From Eledone cirrhosa (taxonomy: Eukaryota), in contig OZ024762.1 of NCBI GenBank assembly GCA_964016885.1, positions 23,498,001-23,562,000 on the forward strand: a DNA stretch of 64,000 nucleotides, in the 5' to 3' direction. Shown here piece after piece: positions 1-14,151 of this stretch. The position numbers and the translations under genes were made by a program. Numbering within the stretch: the stretch's first letter is position 1; every line of letters starts with the position of its first letter. The notes beneath the pieces were generated by a model. That model saw nothing but the letters and a program-made list of their open reading frames with translations. It ran no database searches and was not told the origin of the DNA.

Positions 1-3
1 CAA

Positions 4-566
4 AGGCTGACTAAGGTACTCTCTGCAAGATTTCACAGCTCTAGCATCACTCCTTCATAGGCTGACTAAGATACTCTCTGCAAGACTTCACAGCTCTAGC
101 ATCACTCCTTCATAGGCTGACTAAGGTAATCTCTGCAAGATTTCACAGCTCTAGCATCACTCCTTCATAGGCTGACTAAGGTACTCTCTGCAAGATTTCA
201 CAGCTCTAGCATCACTCCTTCATAGGCTGACTAAGGTACTCTCTGCAAGATTTCACAGCTCTAGCATCACTCATTCATAGGCTGACTAAGGTACTCTCTG
301 CAAGATTTCACAGCTCTAGCATCACTCATTCATAGGCTGACTAAGGTACTCTCTGCAAGATTTCACAGCTCTAGCATCACTCCTTCATAGGCTGACTAAG
401 ATACTCTCTGCAAGATTTCACAGCCTAACATCACTCCTTCGTAGGCTGACTAAGATACTCTCTGCAAGATTGCACAGCTCTAGCATCACTCCTTCATAGG
501 CTGACTAAGGTACTCTCTGCAAGATTTCACAGCTCTAGCATCACTCCTTCATAGGCTGACCAAGAT
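4..566. repeat. 55-bp tandem minisatellite, ~10 copies, running off the window start
   Basis: Unit AGGCTGACTAAGGTACTCTCTGCAAGATTTCACAGCTCTAGCATCACTCCTTCAT repeats with a 55-bp period. Confidence 0.95.
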
Positions 567-712
567 ACTTTCATGGAATGACCAAATAAGGTTTATTTTT
601 CAACATAGACCCTTGAAAGAAACAATGCTGTTATTGTTAAGAAGAGATGGAATTAATGCATGCTAGATTTCACAGCTCTAGCATGAATCCTTAATAGTCA
701 GCTTATGAACGT
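548..712 (+). mobile_element. Remnant of a mariner-type MITE (same family as 20508-20709)
   Basis: CATGGAATGACCAAATAAGGTTTATTTTTCAACATAGACCC...ATTTCACAGCTCTAGCAT aligns by eye to 20530-20690. Confidence 0.75.
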
Positions 713-714
713 CA

Positions 715-2616
715 CGACCACATTACTACCAACACCAACACCACCGCCACACTACTACCAACACCACCGCCACACTACTACCAACACCACCGCCACACTA
801 CTACCAACACCACCGCCACACTACTACCAACACCACCGCCACACTACTACCAACACCACCGCCACACTACTACCAACACCACCGCCACACTACTACCAAC
901 ACCACCGCCTCACTACTACCAACACCACCGCCACACTACGACCAACACCACCGCATCACTACTACCAACACCACCACCACACTACTACCAACACCACCAC
1001 CACACTACTACCAACACCACCGCCACACTACTACCAACACCACCGCCACACTACTACCAACACCACCACCACACTACTACCAACACCACCACCACACTAC
1101 TACCAATACCACCACACTACCATCACCACAACGACACTACAACGCCTATCACCACTACACCATCTCAACTTTCAACCACACTAACACGACCATCACTACC
1201 ATCACCACTAGTACTAACACCCCCACTATATACCAACCACGTCACACTACCACCCCTATCACCACAACTACTACCAACACCACCTCAACTATAACCACCA
1301 CCGCCACCTATACTTATACCAACACCACCACATATACTAACACCAACACCACAACACTACCATCACCACCACTACCACACTACATCCCGACCACTTCCAC
1401 TCCTACCGCCACACAACTACCACCACCACACTACTACCAAAACTACCACACTACTGCCACACAACCACCCCCACACCCACCCCCACCACACTACATCCCG
1501 GCCACTACCACAACAACACTACAACCCCTATCACTAATACTACCACCACCACCACTAAAACCAACACACTACCATTTCCACCACTACCACACTACATCCC
1601 GGCCATTACCACAACAATACTACCACCCCTACCAAAACCACCACCACCACCTATACTAACACCACTACCAACGCCACCTCAGCTACAACCACACAACTAC
1701 TACCACACTACAACCACCACCATCTCTACTAACACCAACACCACCACACAACCACCACCACCACCACATTACAACCGCCACCACCACCACACCACTACCA
1801 ACTCCACCTCAGCTACCACCACCACACTACAACCACCACCACCACATTACTACCAACACCACGACACTAAAACCACCACCACCACCACACCACTACCAAC
1901 TCCACCTCATCTACCACCACCACCACACTACAACCAACACCACCACACTACAACCACCACCGCCACCACCACACTACAACTACCACCACCACCACCACAC
2001 AACTACCACCACCACACTACTACAACTACCACCACCACACTACTACAACCACCACCACCACACTACTACAACCACCACCACACTACTACCACCACCACCA
2101 CCACACTACAACCACCACCACACTACTACCAACACCACCACACTACAACCACCACCGCCACCACCACACTACAACCACCACCACCACACTACTACCACCA
2201 CCACCACCACATTACCACCACCACCACCACCACACTACAACCACCACCACCACCGCCACCACCGCACTACAACCACCACCACCATCACCACACAACTACC
2301 ACCGCCACACTACTACAACCACCACTACCACACTACTACCACCATCACCACCACATTACCACCACCACCACCACCACACTACAACCACCACCACACTACA
2401 ACCACCACCACCACACTACAACCACCACCACTTCTACTATCATCTACCACCACCACCACACTACAACCACCACCACCTCTACTACATACCAACATGTCCA
2501 AATTATCTAATGGTTATATGATGTGTTATTGATTTCATGTTGTTGTTGTTGTTGGAATTTGATTCCAAATGTTGTACTTTTAATGTTACCAAAGGAGTGT
2601 GGCTGACAGTACCACA

Positions 2617-2650
<34 letters not shown>

Positions 2651-3600
2651 TTGCTGTTGTTGCTGTTGCATTTGTTGTTGTTGGTGGTGGTGGTGGTGGT
2701 GGTGGTATGTTGCTGAATCCTTACCATTACAACCACCGCCATTACAACCACCGCCATTACCACTATCACCACTACCATCAACAACACCACCATCATCACC
2801 ACCATCATCACCACTAATATCCACACCACCAACATCAGCTCCACCATCAGCACCACCATCAACACCACTACCATCACCACTACCATCAACAACACCACCA
2901 TCATCACCACCATCATCACCACTAATATCCACACCACCAACATCAGCTCCACCATCAGCACCACCATCAACACCACCACCATCAACACCACTACCATACC
3001 ATCAACACCACTACCATCACCACTACCATCAACATCACCATTACCATCATCATCACCACCATCATCACCACCATCATCACCACCACCATCATCACCACCA
3101 CCATCACCATCAACAACACAATCACCACCATCACCACCATCATCACCACTACCATCAACACCACCACCATCAACACCACTACCATACCATCAACACCACT
3201 ACCATCACCACTACCATCAACATGACCATCACCACCACCATCACCCCCATCATCGCCACCACCATCACCATCAACAACACAATCACCACCATCACCACCA
3301 TCGTCACCACTACCATCACCACTACCATCATCACCACTACCATCAACACCACCACCATCAACACCACTACCATACCATCAACACCACTACCATCACCACT
3401 ACCATCAACATCACCATCACCACCACCATCACACCCATCATCGCCACCACCATCACCATCAACAACACAATCACCACCATCACCACCATCGTCACCACTA
3501 CCATCACCACTACCATCAACACCACCACCATCAACACCACCACTATCAACACCACCACCATCAACAACACCAGCACCACCATCATCACCACTACCACCAT
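715..3600. repeat. (ACC/ACT/ATC)n-derived low-complexity tract with nested short tandem duplications
   Basis: Degenerate trinucleotide repeats; a ~23-bp unit at 720-1110 and ~188-bp duplications at 2990-3560. Confidence 0.95.
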
Positions 3601-3729
3601 CAGTTAAGATCTAACCATCCAACCAAGTCAGACAGTCAGTCACTGAACCGGCCCTACAGACGGTCAACCAACCTGTCAGCCAGGTCAACTCTACCAGCCA
3701 GACAGACAAACACCGGTAGCTAAACCATC

Positions 3730-5133
3730 TAATGTCCAGTGAAACCAGGTCAATTAGCCCAGTTTGTCCAGTCTAATGTCCAGTTAGCCTAGTCTAATGT
3801 CCAGCTAAATTAGGCCAGTTAGCCCAGTCTAATGTCCAGCTAAACCAGTCCAGTTAGCCCAGTCTAATTTCCAGCTAAACCAGATCAGTTAGCCCAGTCA
3901 AATGTCCAGCTAAACCAGTCCAGTTAGCCCACTCTAATGTCCATGTAAACCAGACCAGTTAGCCCAGTCTAATGTCCAGCTAAACCAGGTCAGTTAGCCC
4001 AGTCTAACGTCCAGTAAAACCAGGCCAGTTAGCCCAGTCTAATGTCCAGCTAAACCAGTCCAGTTTGCCCAGTCTAATGTCCATGTAAACCAGACCATTT
4101 AGTCTAGTCTAATGTCCAGCTAAACCAGGCCAGTTAGCCTAGTCTAATGCCAGGCCAGTTAACCCAGTCTAATGTCCAGTGAAGCCAGACAAGTTAGCCC
4201 AGTCTAACGTCCATCTAAACTAGGCCAGTTAGCCCAGTCTAATGTCCAGCTAAACCAGGCAGGTTAGCCCAGTCTAATGTCCATCTAAACCAGACCAGTT
4301 AACCCATACTTATGTCCATCTAAACCAAGCCAGTTAGCCCAGACTATTGTCCAGTTAAACTAAGCCAGTTAGCCCAGTCTAATGTCCAGCTAAACCAGGC
4401 AAGTTAGCCCAGTCTAATGTCCAGCTAAACTAAGCCAGTTAGCCCAGTCTAATGTCCATCTGAACCAGACCAGTTAACCCAGTCTAATGTCCAGCTAAAC
4501 CAGTCCAGTTAGCCCACTCTAATGTCCAGCTAAACCAGGCCAGTTAGCCAGTCTAATGTCCAGCTAAACCAGACCAGTTAGCCCAGTCTAATGTCCAGCT
4601 AAACCAGTCCAGTTAGCCCACTCTAATGTCCATCTAAACCAGGCCAGTTAGCCCAGTCTAATTTTCAGGTAAACCAGACCAGTTAGTCTAGTCTAATATA
4701 CAGCTAAACTAAGCCAGTTAGCCCAGTCTAATGTCCATCTGAACCAGACCAGTTAGACCAGTCTAATGTCCAGCTAAACCAGGCCAGTTAGCCTAGTCTA
4801 ATGTCCAGTGAAGCCAAACAAGTTAGCCCACTCTAATGTCCATCTAAACCAGGCCAGTTAGCCCAGTCTAATTTTCAGGTAAACCAGACCAGTTAGTCTA
4901 GTCTAATATACAGCTAAACTAAGCCAGTTAGCCCAGTCTAATGTCCATCTGAACCAGACCAGTTAGACCAGTCTAATGTCCAGCTAAACCAGGCCAGTTA
5001 GCCTAGTCTAATGTCCAGTGAAGCCAAACAAGTTAGCCCAGTCTAATGTCCAGCTAAACCATGCCGGTTAGCCCAGTCTAATGTCCATCTAAACCAGGCC
5101 AGTTAGCCCAGTCTAATGTCCAGTGAAACCAGC
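3730..5133. repeat. 35-bp tandem minisatellite, ~40 copies
   Basis: Unit CAGTTAGCCCAGTCTAATGTCCAGCTAAACCAGGC with point variants and no spacers. Confidence 0.95.
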
Positions 5134-5539
5134 CACTACCATCACCACAAGCTCCACCACCACCACCACCACCACCACCACCACCACAGGCTCCGCCATC
5201 ACCACCACCAGCAACAACCTCACCAAGACCAACAACACTACCACCAGCGCCACCAGCAACGCCACCGCCACCATAGCTTATGCCATTACACTCCTCCACC
5301 CCCATCCCCACCCCCCACCACCTCTCCAGTCCAGTCCAAGGTAATCGATTTTGTCTGAATGAAGTCATCTAATGTGATCAAATAGGTTTTAGGTATTTGC
5401 TCTCATTAAACTGGTATGGAGGCGAGAAGGAGTGGTGGTGGTGGTGGTGGTGGTGGTGAGGGGTAGTGCAGGAGGATGGTCGAGGAGGAGGCTGGAGGAG
5501 GAGGGGGTTGCAGAAGGAGGGAGTGAGGCAGTGGTGGAG

Positions 5540-5755
5540 GAGAGTGGAGGTGGGGTGCTGAGCAGGTGAGGGGTGGTGGATGAGAGTGGAGGTGGGGGTG
5601 CTGAGCAGGTGAGGGGTGGTGGATGAGAGTGGAGGTGGGGGTGCTGAGCAGGTGAGGGGGTGGTGTAGGAGAGTGGAGGTGGGGTTGCTGAGCAGGTGAG
5701 GGGTGGTGTAGGAGAGTGGAGGTGGGGTTGCTGAGCAGGTGAGGGGTGGTGGAGG
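5540..5755. repeat. ~42-bp G-rich minisatellite, ~5 copies
   Basis: GAGAGTGGAGGTGGGGGTGCTGAGCAGGTGAGGGGTGGTGGA repeated. Confidence 0.85.
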
Positions 5756-6358
5756 ATGAGGTGGTGGAGTAGGAGTAGGAATGGAAGGAGGTGGCGAAAG
5801 AGGTGGAGGAAGCGAGGTGGTGAGTACGTGATGAGAGGAGGAGGTGCAGAGTAGAAAGTGGCGAAGGATGAGGAGGAGGATGTGAAAGAAAAAAAAACAA
5901 AAAAAAACGAAGAACTACAATAAGAACAATAAATAAACAAATAAACAAATAAACAAATAAACAAATAAACGACAAACAAAACACAAAAGCGATGCGAATG
6001 AGGATCGAATGATGAGGGGAGGGGGACAAACAAAATATATACACGATGTCCCTCAAAAATGTATACACATTTATTAGAATGCTGTTGAAGTATGTATACA
6101 TTTTTTGGACACACCCTTTATATATCTATATAGTGTGAATATATATATAGTGTGTGTGTATATATATATACATATTTTATATAGTATGAATATATATATA
6201 TAGTGTGTGTATATATATACATATATATATGTGTGTGTGTGTGTGTGTGTACAAACAAAATATATACAGGGTGTACCTAAAACATGTATACACATTTATT
6301 ACAATGCTGTTTACGTGTGTATACATTTTGGAGGCACACCCATTATATATATATATAT

Positions 6359-6411
<53 letters not shown>

Positions 6412-6869
6412 ACACACATATATATATATATATATATATAGTGTATATATATATATACAGTGGGTGTATATATATATACACACACACTCACACAAATCAC
6501 CAAAGAAAACTACAAACAAAAAAACACAAAAAAAACAAACACAAAACGCAAAAGCCAATCGAAGTAAGGATGGTGGTGGGGTGGACTAAGGCGAGGTGGG
6601 GAGGTGCAGCCAAACAACAAAAACAAGAACAACAACAACAACAAACAAAAATATCCGCAAAATATACACAAAAAACTTTCAAACAAAAACCAAACCAAAG
6701 CAGAGCAAAGCAAAGCAAACATACTTATAGGTTGGACTCGTAGATTCAATAATAAATGAAAACATTTCGAAACCGTGCTGATGTTGGATTGTTGTAAACA
6801 TATTAAGTGCTACATAAGTAGCAGACTTTAATACGAGAGGCTGGTTGAAGGATTTATTTGTTTTTGTTG

Positions 6870-7335
6870 AAATCTGAGCAGTTCTAATGGATTTGTTAAA
6901 CAGCCACAAAATTATTAACCATCTTGGCAACAACAACCTTGAGCACCTTTTTGATCTCCATGTGTCTAACACACGTGGGCATGCCTACAAAGTCAGAAAA
7001 CAGCACAGCTCCCATGACTTTCAGAAACATTTTACACGCTCAGAGTTGCTGAAACATGGAACAAACTACCTGCATCGGTTGTTAGCTGTCGAGACACTGC
7101 ATCCTTTAAAACATTCATGCTTCCAGAGACCGCCAACACTACACCTGATGCCCCCCCCCCCCCCTACCCCCCCCCCCCCTTCATACACATACACACATGT
7201 ATTTCATGACTCATACACTGTTCATTTTCCTGACATTTGTACATTATTCTATGTATTATATATGCACCTTTGATGAGTTGTAGTGCACCTGAGCACTGTA
7301 CACAATAATTTAATTATTATTATTATTAATATTAA

Positions 7336-7405
<70 letters not shown>
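6870..7405 (+). mobile_element. 5'-truncated CR1/L2-type LINE: ORF2 C-terminus, 3' UTR and (ATT)n tail
   Basis: NTRGHAYKVRKQHSSHDFQKHF, then after a frameshift TLRVAETWNKLPASVVSCRDTASFK; matches the TRGH..K...F..RV...WN.LP..VV....FK end of CR1-group ORF2. Confidence 0.85.
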
Positions 7406-7406
<1 letters not shown>

Positions 7407-7730
7407 TTTGAGTCTCAGTCATTGATGTTAGTTAACTGGAAAGTTTGTTGAAATGAATATCAAGCCACTACCTGCAGCCTCAGATATTCAGGACGTATCG
7501 GAGGGTTCTTGCTGTTCCCAGCAAGCATGCCTTTTGAAGCGTTCCAAAAAGCGTGAAGGGGCCAATTTTCTTTAACCATCCTTGGAAACTCTTTGAGATA
7601 GTCCCTAGTGCGCCTATGACAATCGGGATCACTTTGACTTCATGGCGGTTCCAAATCCTTTTTACCTCCCACTTTAAGTCCTGGTATCGGTTAATTTTCT
7701 CCCTCTCCTTCTCTTGCACTCTCGTGTCGA

Positions 7731-7731
<1 letters not shown>
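7406..7731 (-). mobile_element. 5'-truncated R4/Dong-like non-LTR retrotransposon (C-terminal restriction-like endonuclease region) in a (TAA)n tract
   Basis: ORF 7480-7719 EKINRYQDLKWEVKRIW...VIPIVIGALGTI...LQKACLLGTARTLRYVL; (ATT)n directly abuts both sides. Confidence 0.85.
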
Positions 7732-7785
<54 letters not shown>

Positions 7786-7807
7786 TAAGCACCATACCAG
7801 AAAGAGA

Positions 7808-8695
7808 CGGCGAGTTGGCAGAGTGGTTAGAACGTCGGATAGAATGTTTTAAAATACTCGTTACGGCTTTCTGTTCACTGAATGTCGGGTCACTCTTGAA
7901 TGCTACTGATAACATGCAACCCAGTACGACCTGTCGCATGTTCGGGTCGTTGGCGACTAAACCGGCAACCCCACCAAGTTTACTCGGTGAGGAAGTTGAT
8001 TTTGGATAGCCTGCTGGACAAAGAACAAAACCTGACAGTAATACACTGGTCTCAATGTGATCGATTTTATGATCCCAACCCAACCAAATTCCCTTCCGAA
8101 GTCGATAAAATATAATTGTTTCTACTTTAGGCACAAGGCCAGCAATTAGCCAGTACATTACTGGTACTTTATTTTATCGACCCCGTAAGGATGAAAGGCA
8201 AAGTTAACCTCGACGGGATTTGAACTCAGACTGTAAAGGGACGTAACTATGCTAGAAAGCATGGCGTCCAACCCTCTACCGATACTGCCAATGCACCAAA
8301 AATATAATACCAGTCATTCACTGGTGTCCATATGATCGACTTTACGCCAAACCCTACCCCGACATTTGTTAGTCTTGTACCTGTTATCCTTCCGAAATCG
8401 ATAAAATATAGTACCGGTAATACACTTGTGTTGAAGTGATCGACTTTACGCCCCTAACCCTACCCGGCATCAGTTGGTCTTGTGCCTTTCATCCTTCCGA
8501 GGTCGCTAAAATAAAGTACCAGTAATACATGGTGTCAATGTGAACGATTTTACGACCCTCGCATATTATTAGTCTTGTACCTGTTATCCTTGCGAGGTCG
8601 TTAAAATAAAGTACCAGTTAAGTACTCGGGTCGAGATTCTATTCCCTCCCACACACAAATTCCTGGCCTGGTGCCAATGTTACAAAATATTATTA
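7808..8695. mobile_element. Cluster of octopod-type tRNA-derived SINE copies: head at 7808 (+), near-complete copy 8115-8295 (-), tandem core/tail fragments 8300-8695 (+)
   Basis: A-box TGGCAGAGTGG, B-box GAGTTCAAATCC and core CTTTCATCCTTCCGAGGTCGNTAAAATAAAGTACCAGT. Confidence 0.85.
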
Positions 8696-8873
8696 CACCT
8701 ACAACTATTGTTGTTGTTGCTGTTGCTGACGTTGTTGCTGTTGCTGTTGTTGTTGTCGTTGTTGTTGCTCCCGTTCTTGTTGTTGTCGTCGAGGTTGCCG
8801 TTGTTGTTGTCGTTGTTGTTGTTGTCTTTGTTGTTGTTGTTGTTGATGTTGTTATTGTTGTCGTTGTTTTTGT

Positions 8874-8904
<31 letters not shown>

Positions 8905-9069
8905 ATTGTTGTCGTTGTTTTAGTTGTTGTTGTTGTTGTTGTTGTCAACTCTGGTCTTTCGAAAACAATCTCATGTTTTTGTTATTTTCCCTCAAATAAT
9001 AGTTACAAAAGAATTTTTAGACTGTCACAAAGAATTGTAAACACAGACGCCAAGAAATTAGATTAACAA

Positions 9070-9102
<33 letters not shown>

Positions 9103-9277
9103 TACACACACACACATTCACACACACACGCACGCGCGCGCGCGCGTGCAATCTTTTTTTCTCTTTCTCTCATTCTCCCACACGCTTTTTTTTTCTTTCA
9201 GTCACATACTATCGCTCTCTCTCACTCTCATACATTCTTTCTTTTTATCTCTCTCTAACACACACACATACACTGTT

Positions 9278-9330
<53 letters not shown>

Positions 9331-9632
9331 CACATACTCTTTCTTTCTCTCTCTCACACACATTATTCTCTCTTTCTTTCTTTTTGTCTCTATCTCTCTC
9401 ACATACACCCTTTCTCTCGCTCTCCCTCTCAGACATATTCTCTCTCTCACATACACCCTTTCTCTCGCTCTCCCTCTCAGACATATTCTCTCTCTCCCTC
9501 TCAGACATACACTATTTCTTTCTCTCACTCTCCCATATACACTATTTCTTTCTCTCACTTTCCCATATACACTATTTCTTTCTCTCACTCTCCCATATAC
9601 ACTATTTCTTTCTTTCTTTCCCTCATATCCAT

Positions 9633-9691
<59 letters not shown>

Positions 9692-9870
9692 ATCTATCTA
9701 TCTATCTATCTCCATCTCTGTAGTTTTTTGTAAAATTGCCAAAAATTATGTAAGTCTTTTATCTCCTCGCACTGTATATTAAAAAAAATTACAAACAAGC
9801 AAAAATCAAACGAAAAAAAATAAAATAACATATAGCATTAAGAAAACATACTTCAATATATATATACGAG

Positions 9871-9902
<32 letters not shown>

Positions 9903-9965
9903 TATATATATATATATACGAGTATACACATATATATATATATATATGCAAGTATATACGCGCGC

Positions 9966-10007
<42 letters not shown>

Positions 10008-10134
10008 TGTCAGACCAAAGTAGTTATCTTCCCAGAATTAATTTTTTTCACAGAAATAATTTTCCAGATAGGACTACATTTTTTTCACCCAGATTTGGAT
10101 ATACATCACAGCCTGAAAAAAAAAGTAAAACAAA

Positions 10135-10176
<42 letters not shown>

Positions 10177-10299
10177 CTCTGTGTGTGTGTGTGTATGTGT
10201 GTGTGTGTGTGTGTGTGTGTCGGATGGTAGCTAGGATGCTTCCATAGGCGGTATGCCGGTTGAGCACTCTATGCTCTTACAGAGCAGAGTATGATAAAA

Positions 10300-10569
10300 A
10301 ATATAAAATGAAAAATCAGTGATGCATCTGAACTCAATTTATTGTGTGTTACAATTGTTTCGCCGGTGGACAGCTCGAGACCGCTAGTGGACAGCTCGGA
10401 GCATATTCTGCATTTCGGAGCATATTCCGAAATCATTAGACGTGTCCGTCGAACCTGCCGGTCCAGAATCAGACAGATCCACACAATGATCGCGTCTCGA
10501 GCTGTCCACCGGCGAAACAATTGTAACACACAATAAATTGAGTTGAGATGCATCACTGATTTTTCGTTT

Positions 10570-10575
<6 letters not shown>
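10300..10575. mobile_element. Fold-back PLE pseudo-LTR-like fragment with ~80-bp inverted arms
   Basis: 10300-10381 is the reverse complement of 10494-10575; contains the hammerhead 3' half GAAA-CAATTG-TA; a relative lies at 22520-22640. Confidence 0.65.
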
Positions 10576-10617
<42 letters not shown>

Positions 10618-10623
<6 letters not shown>

Positions 10624-10992
10624 ATACTTTGGGAGGGTCATGTTGCCAATAAGGAACACACGCACCAGTTGCTTTCACTTCAATTTATTATAATAAATTT
10701 ATAAATTTAGGAATTTATAAATTTCCAGTTGGTTGGTTGGTTGGTTCCACAACCAGATGATTGTTTATATATTGTCAAAGTTCTTTCGTCACACATTATG
10801 TGACCTCTTCAGTGACTGTGGATTCTTTTCTTTGTTTTTGTGCCTCTCCTATGTTCTGAGGTCAGAACAAAGGAGAGGCACAAAAACCAACCAACCGGAA
10901 CCAACCAACCAACCGGAAATTTATAAATTCCTAATTTTATAAATTTATTATAATAAATTGAAGTGAAAGCAACTGGTGCGTGTGTTTCTTAC
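10618..10992. mobile_element. PLE pseudo-LTR family A, inverted arrangement (other copies 16738-17190, 35810-36230, 51170-51290, 54725-55020, 61040-61375)
   Basis: Shared GCAACTGGTGCGTGTGTTTCTTATTGGCAACATGACCCTCCCAAAGTATAACAATAT; lies directly 3' of the GIY-YIG remnant at 35447-35807. Confidence 0.8.
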
Positions 10993-11193
10993 ACTCTGAG
11001 ATCAGAGCAAACAACACGGACACTCTATCTCAAAATTATTTTTGAAAAGCATTTAGAAATGCGCAACCGGTAAAACCTTAAAAACTTAAAACCACAACTG
11101 AATACTAACCCATACAATTACTAATACTCTTTTATTCCTAATTAAACCATTTTTCAACTGTGAACAATTTGTCAGCATTTTCTATTCCGTTTA

Positions 11194-11256
<63 letters not shown>

Positions 11257-11354
11257 CAAGGGATGTCAACAGGAATGGACCTGTTATTTTTCTCTATAAT
11301 TTTTTTATGATTACACTCCACCCGCCCCCTCAATCTTTCTAATTTCCAATTCTT

Positions 11355-11390
11355 TCTTCTGATGAAGGACTAGCGTCTGAAACGTTAAGA
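11355..11390 (+). ncRNA. Minimal type I hammerhead-like motif (second copy 51919-51954)
   Basis: TCTT-CTGATGA-A-GGAC[TAGC]GTCT-GAAA-CG-TT-AAGA; palindromic AACGTT stem III. Confidence 0.65.
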
Positions 11391-11465
11391 CTCTCTTCCT
11401 GCTATAGCAAGTGTTAAACTAATATATTCCGTCCATATACTGTACCGATTGTGTTGTTATTTCTG

Positions 11466-11518
<53 letters not shown>

Positions 11519-11594
11519 CTACAGATATGTATTGAACAATCGGGTGCAAAAGATGGAAAAGAATACAATAAAATTTGATAAACAAAAAAGGCAC

Positions 11595-13020
11595 AACACA
11601 CCACTCAACACCACAACACACCACACCACAACACACCACAACAAACAAACATTCATCTTTACACCACAACGCACCACACCACAAGACACCACACAACACC
11701 ACAACACAGCACACAGCACAACACACAGCACCACACCGCAACACATCACAAACACCACACAAGACCACAACACAGCACACAACACCACAACACACCACAC
11801 AACACCACACAACTCCACACCACAACACACCACACCACACAACACACAACACCACCACACAAAAACCACAACACACGACACCACACAACACACCACACAA
11901 TACCGCAACACACCACACAACACACCACACCACCACACAACACCATAACAACCAAACATTCGTCTTTACACCACACCATAAAACAACACGACAGAATAAC
12001 AACAGCACAACAACACAACACACCACAGCACACCATAACACCACAGCAACACCACCACACATCACAAAAATGAAGCATTCGTCTCACTACATCAAACCAT
12101 AACACGCCCACAACACCACCACGTATCAACAACACACACCACCACATCAATAACACACACCACCACACAACACACCACACCGTAACACTCCACAACCCTA
12201 CAACACACCACACCACCACACCACCTCAACAACACACACCAACACACCACAACACACCACCACACAACCTCAACAACACACACCACCACAACACACCACA
12301 CCACACCACCACAACAAACCATATCGCACTTTTAAGACCTCACAACACACCACCTCACACCACACCACAACACCACCTCTACAATACCACACCACCACAT
12401 CACATCACTCCACCACATCACACCACACTACTACACCACACCACACCACAGCACACCACACCACACCACACCACCTCACACCACACCATACCACACCACA
12501 CCACGCTGCACCACACCACGCTACACCACACCATGCCACGCCACACCACACCACCACATCACACCACACCACAACACCACCTCATGCCACACCACAACAC
12601 CACCTCTACAATACCACACCACCACAACACACCACACCACCACATCACACCACACCACAACACACCACCTCACACCACACCACAACACCACCTCTACAAT
12701 ACCACACCACACCATACCGCACCCCAACACACCACACCACAACACCACCTCACACCACACCACAACACCACCTCTACAATACCACACCACCACAACACAC
12801 CACACCACAACACCAACTCACGCCACACCACAACACCACCTCTACAATACCACACCACACCACACCATACCACACCCCAACACACCACACCACAACACAC
12901 CACCTCACACCACACCACAACACCACCTCTACAATACCACACCACACCACACCATACCACACCCCAACACACCTCACCACAACACCACCTCTACAATATC
13001 ACACCACCACAGCATATCAC
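11595..13020. repeat. (CACCA/CACAA)n-like low-complexity tract
   Basis: Degenerate pentanucleotide repeats; followed by a T-rich TTATTTTTCTG-type tract to ~13820. Confidence 0.9.
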
Positions 13021-14005
13021 ACTTTTAACACCTCTTCACAATCTATACCATATAACAACACACACATCTATAATCTATCATCCTTCTCTATATTTTAATA
13101 AATTTAATGCTCAAAACTATGCAAACATTATTTTTCCAGTTTCTCTATTGTTACGTCATTCTGTTGCGGTTTTGTTTCAGTTTTTTTGCTGTTTTTTAAT
13201 CTATATTTTTTCTGTTTATTTCCTGTTTTATTTATCTATTATTCTTCTGTTTATTTTTCTGTTTATTTTCTGTTTTATTTATCTATTATTTTCTATTTAT
13301 TTTTGCTTATTTTCTGTTTTAATTTTTCTGTTATTTTCCTACTATTTTTCTCTTTATTTTCTGTTTTATTTTCCTATTATTTTTCTGTTTTATTTTTCTG
13401 TTATTTTCTTATTATTTTTCTGTTTATTTTCTGCTTATTTTCTGTTTTATTTTTCTGTTATTGTCCTATTATTTTTCTGTTTATTTTCTGTTTTATTTAT
13501 TTATATTTCTGTTTATTTTTTGCTTCAAATTTCTGTTATTTTTCTGTTTATTTTTACTCTATTGTTACTTCATTCTGTTGAGGTTTTGTTTTAGTATATT
13601 TTCTGTTTTTAATCTATTATTTTTCTGTTAATTTTTAATTTATTGTTACTTTATTCTGTTGGGCTTTTATTTTAGTTTTTTCCTGTTTTTAATCTATCTT
13701 TCGGTTATTTTACTGTTTATGTTTGTGTATTGTTTTTTCAATTATTTTTCTATTATTTTTCTATTGTTTTTCTGTTTATTTTCAGTTTTATTTATTTGTT
13801 CATGTTTCTGTTTATTTTTCTAGGGATTTTACTGGGGGGTTTTTTCCCCCGTTTTCTATGAAAGACCGTACGTTCGACAATTTAAAACAAACAGTTTGTT
13901 AAACACAAAACTCTACTTTCGTGTTGTGTGATTCTCTTCTTTAATATAATATTTGTTGTTTCGAAACACACACACACACGCACACACACATACACACACA
14001 CACAC

Positions 14006-14049
<44 letters not shown>

Positions 14050-14076
14050 ATGCGTGGGTGTATATGTAAGCATATG

Positions 14077-14112
<36 letters not shown>

Positions 14113-14120
14113 CATATGCT

Positions 14121-14146
<26 letters not shown>

Positions 14147-14151
<5 letters not shown>

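Noticed and set aside
2503-3614. Poly-Q/H/G/V ORFs
   Set aside because: Translations of (CAG)/(CAA)/(ACC) microsatellites
7885-8010. Possible HDV-like ribozyme in an RTE 5' UTR-like repeat (inverted relative at 32060-32180)
   Set aside because: Hairpins are present but I could not assemble the P1/P1.1/P2/P3/P4 nested pseudoknot by eye
10441-10530. Hammerhead in the 10300-10575 fold-back
   Set aside because: The 3' half is good (GAAA-CAATTG-TA) but the 5' core reads CCGTCGA, two mismatches; kept only as supporting evidence
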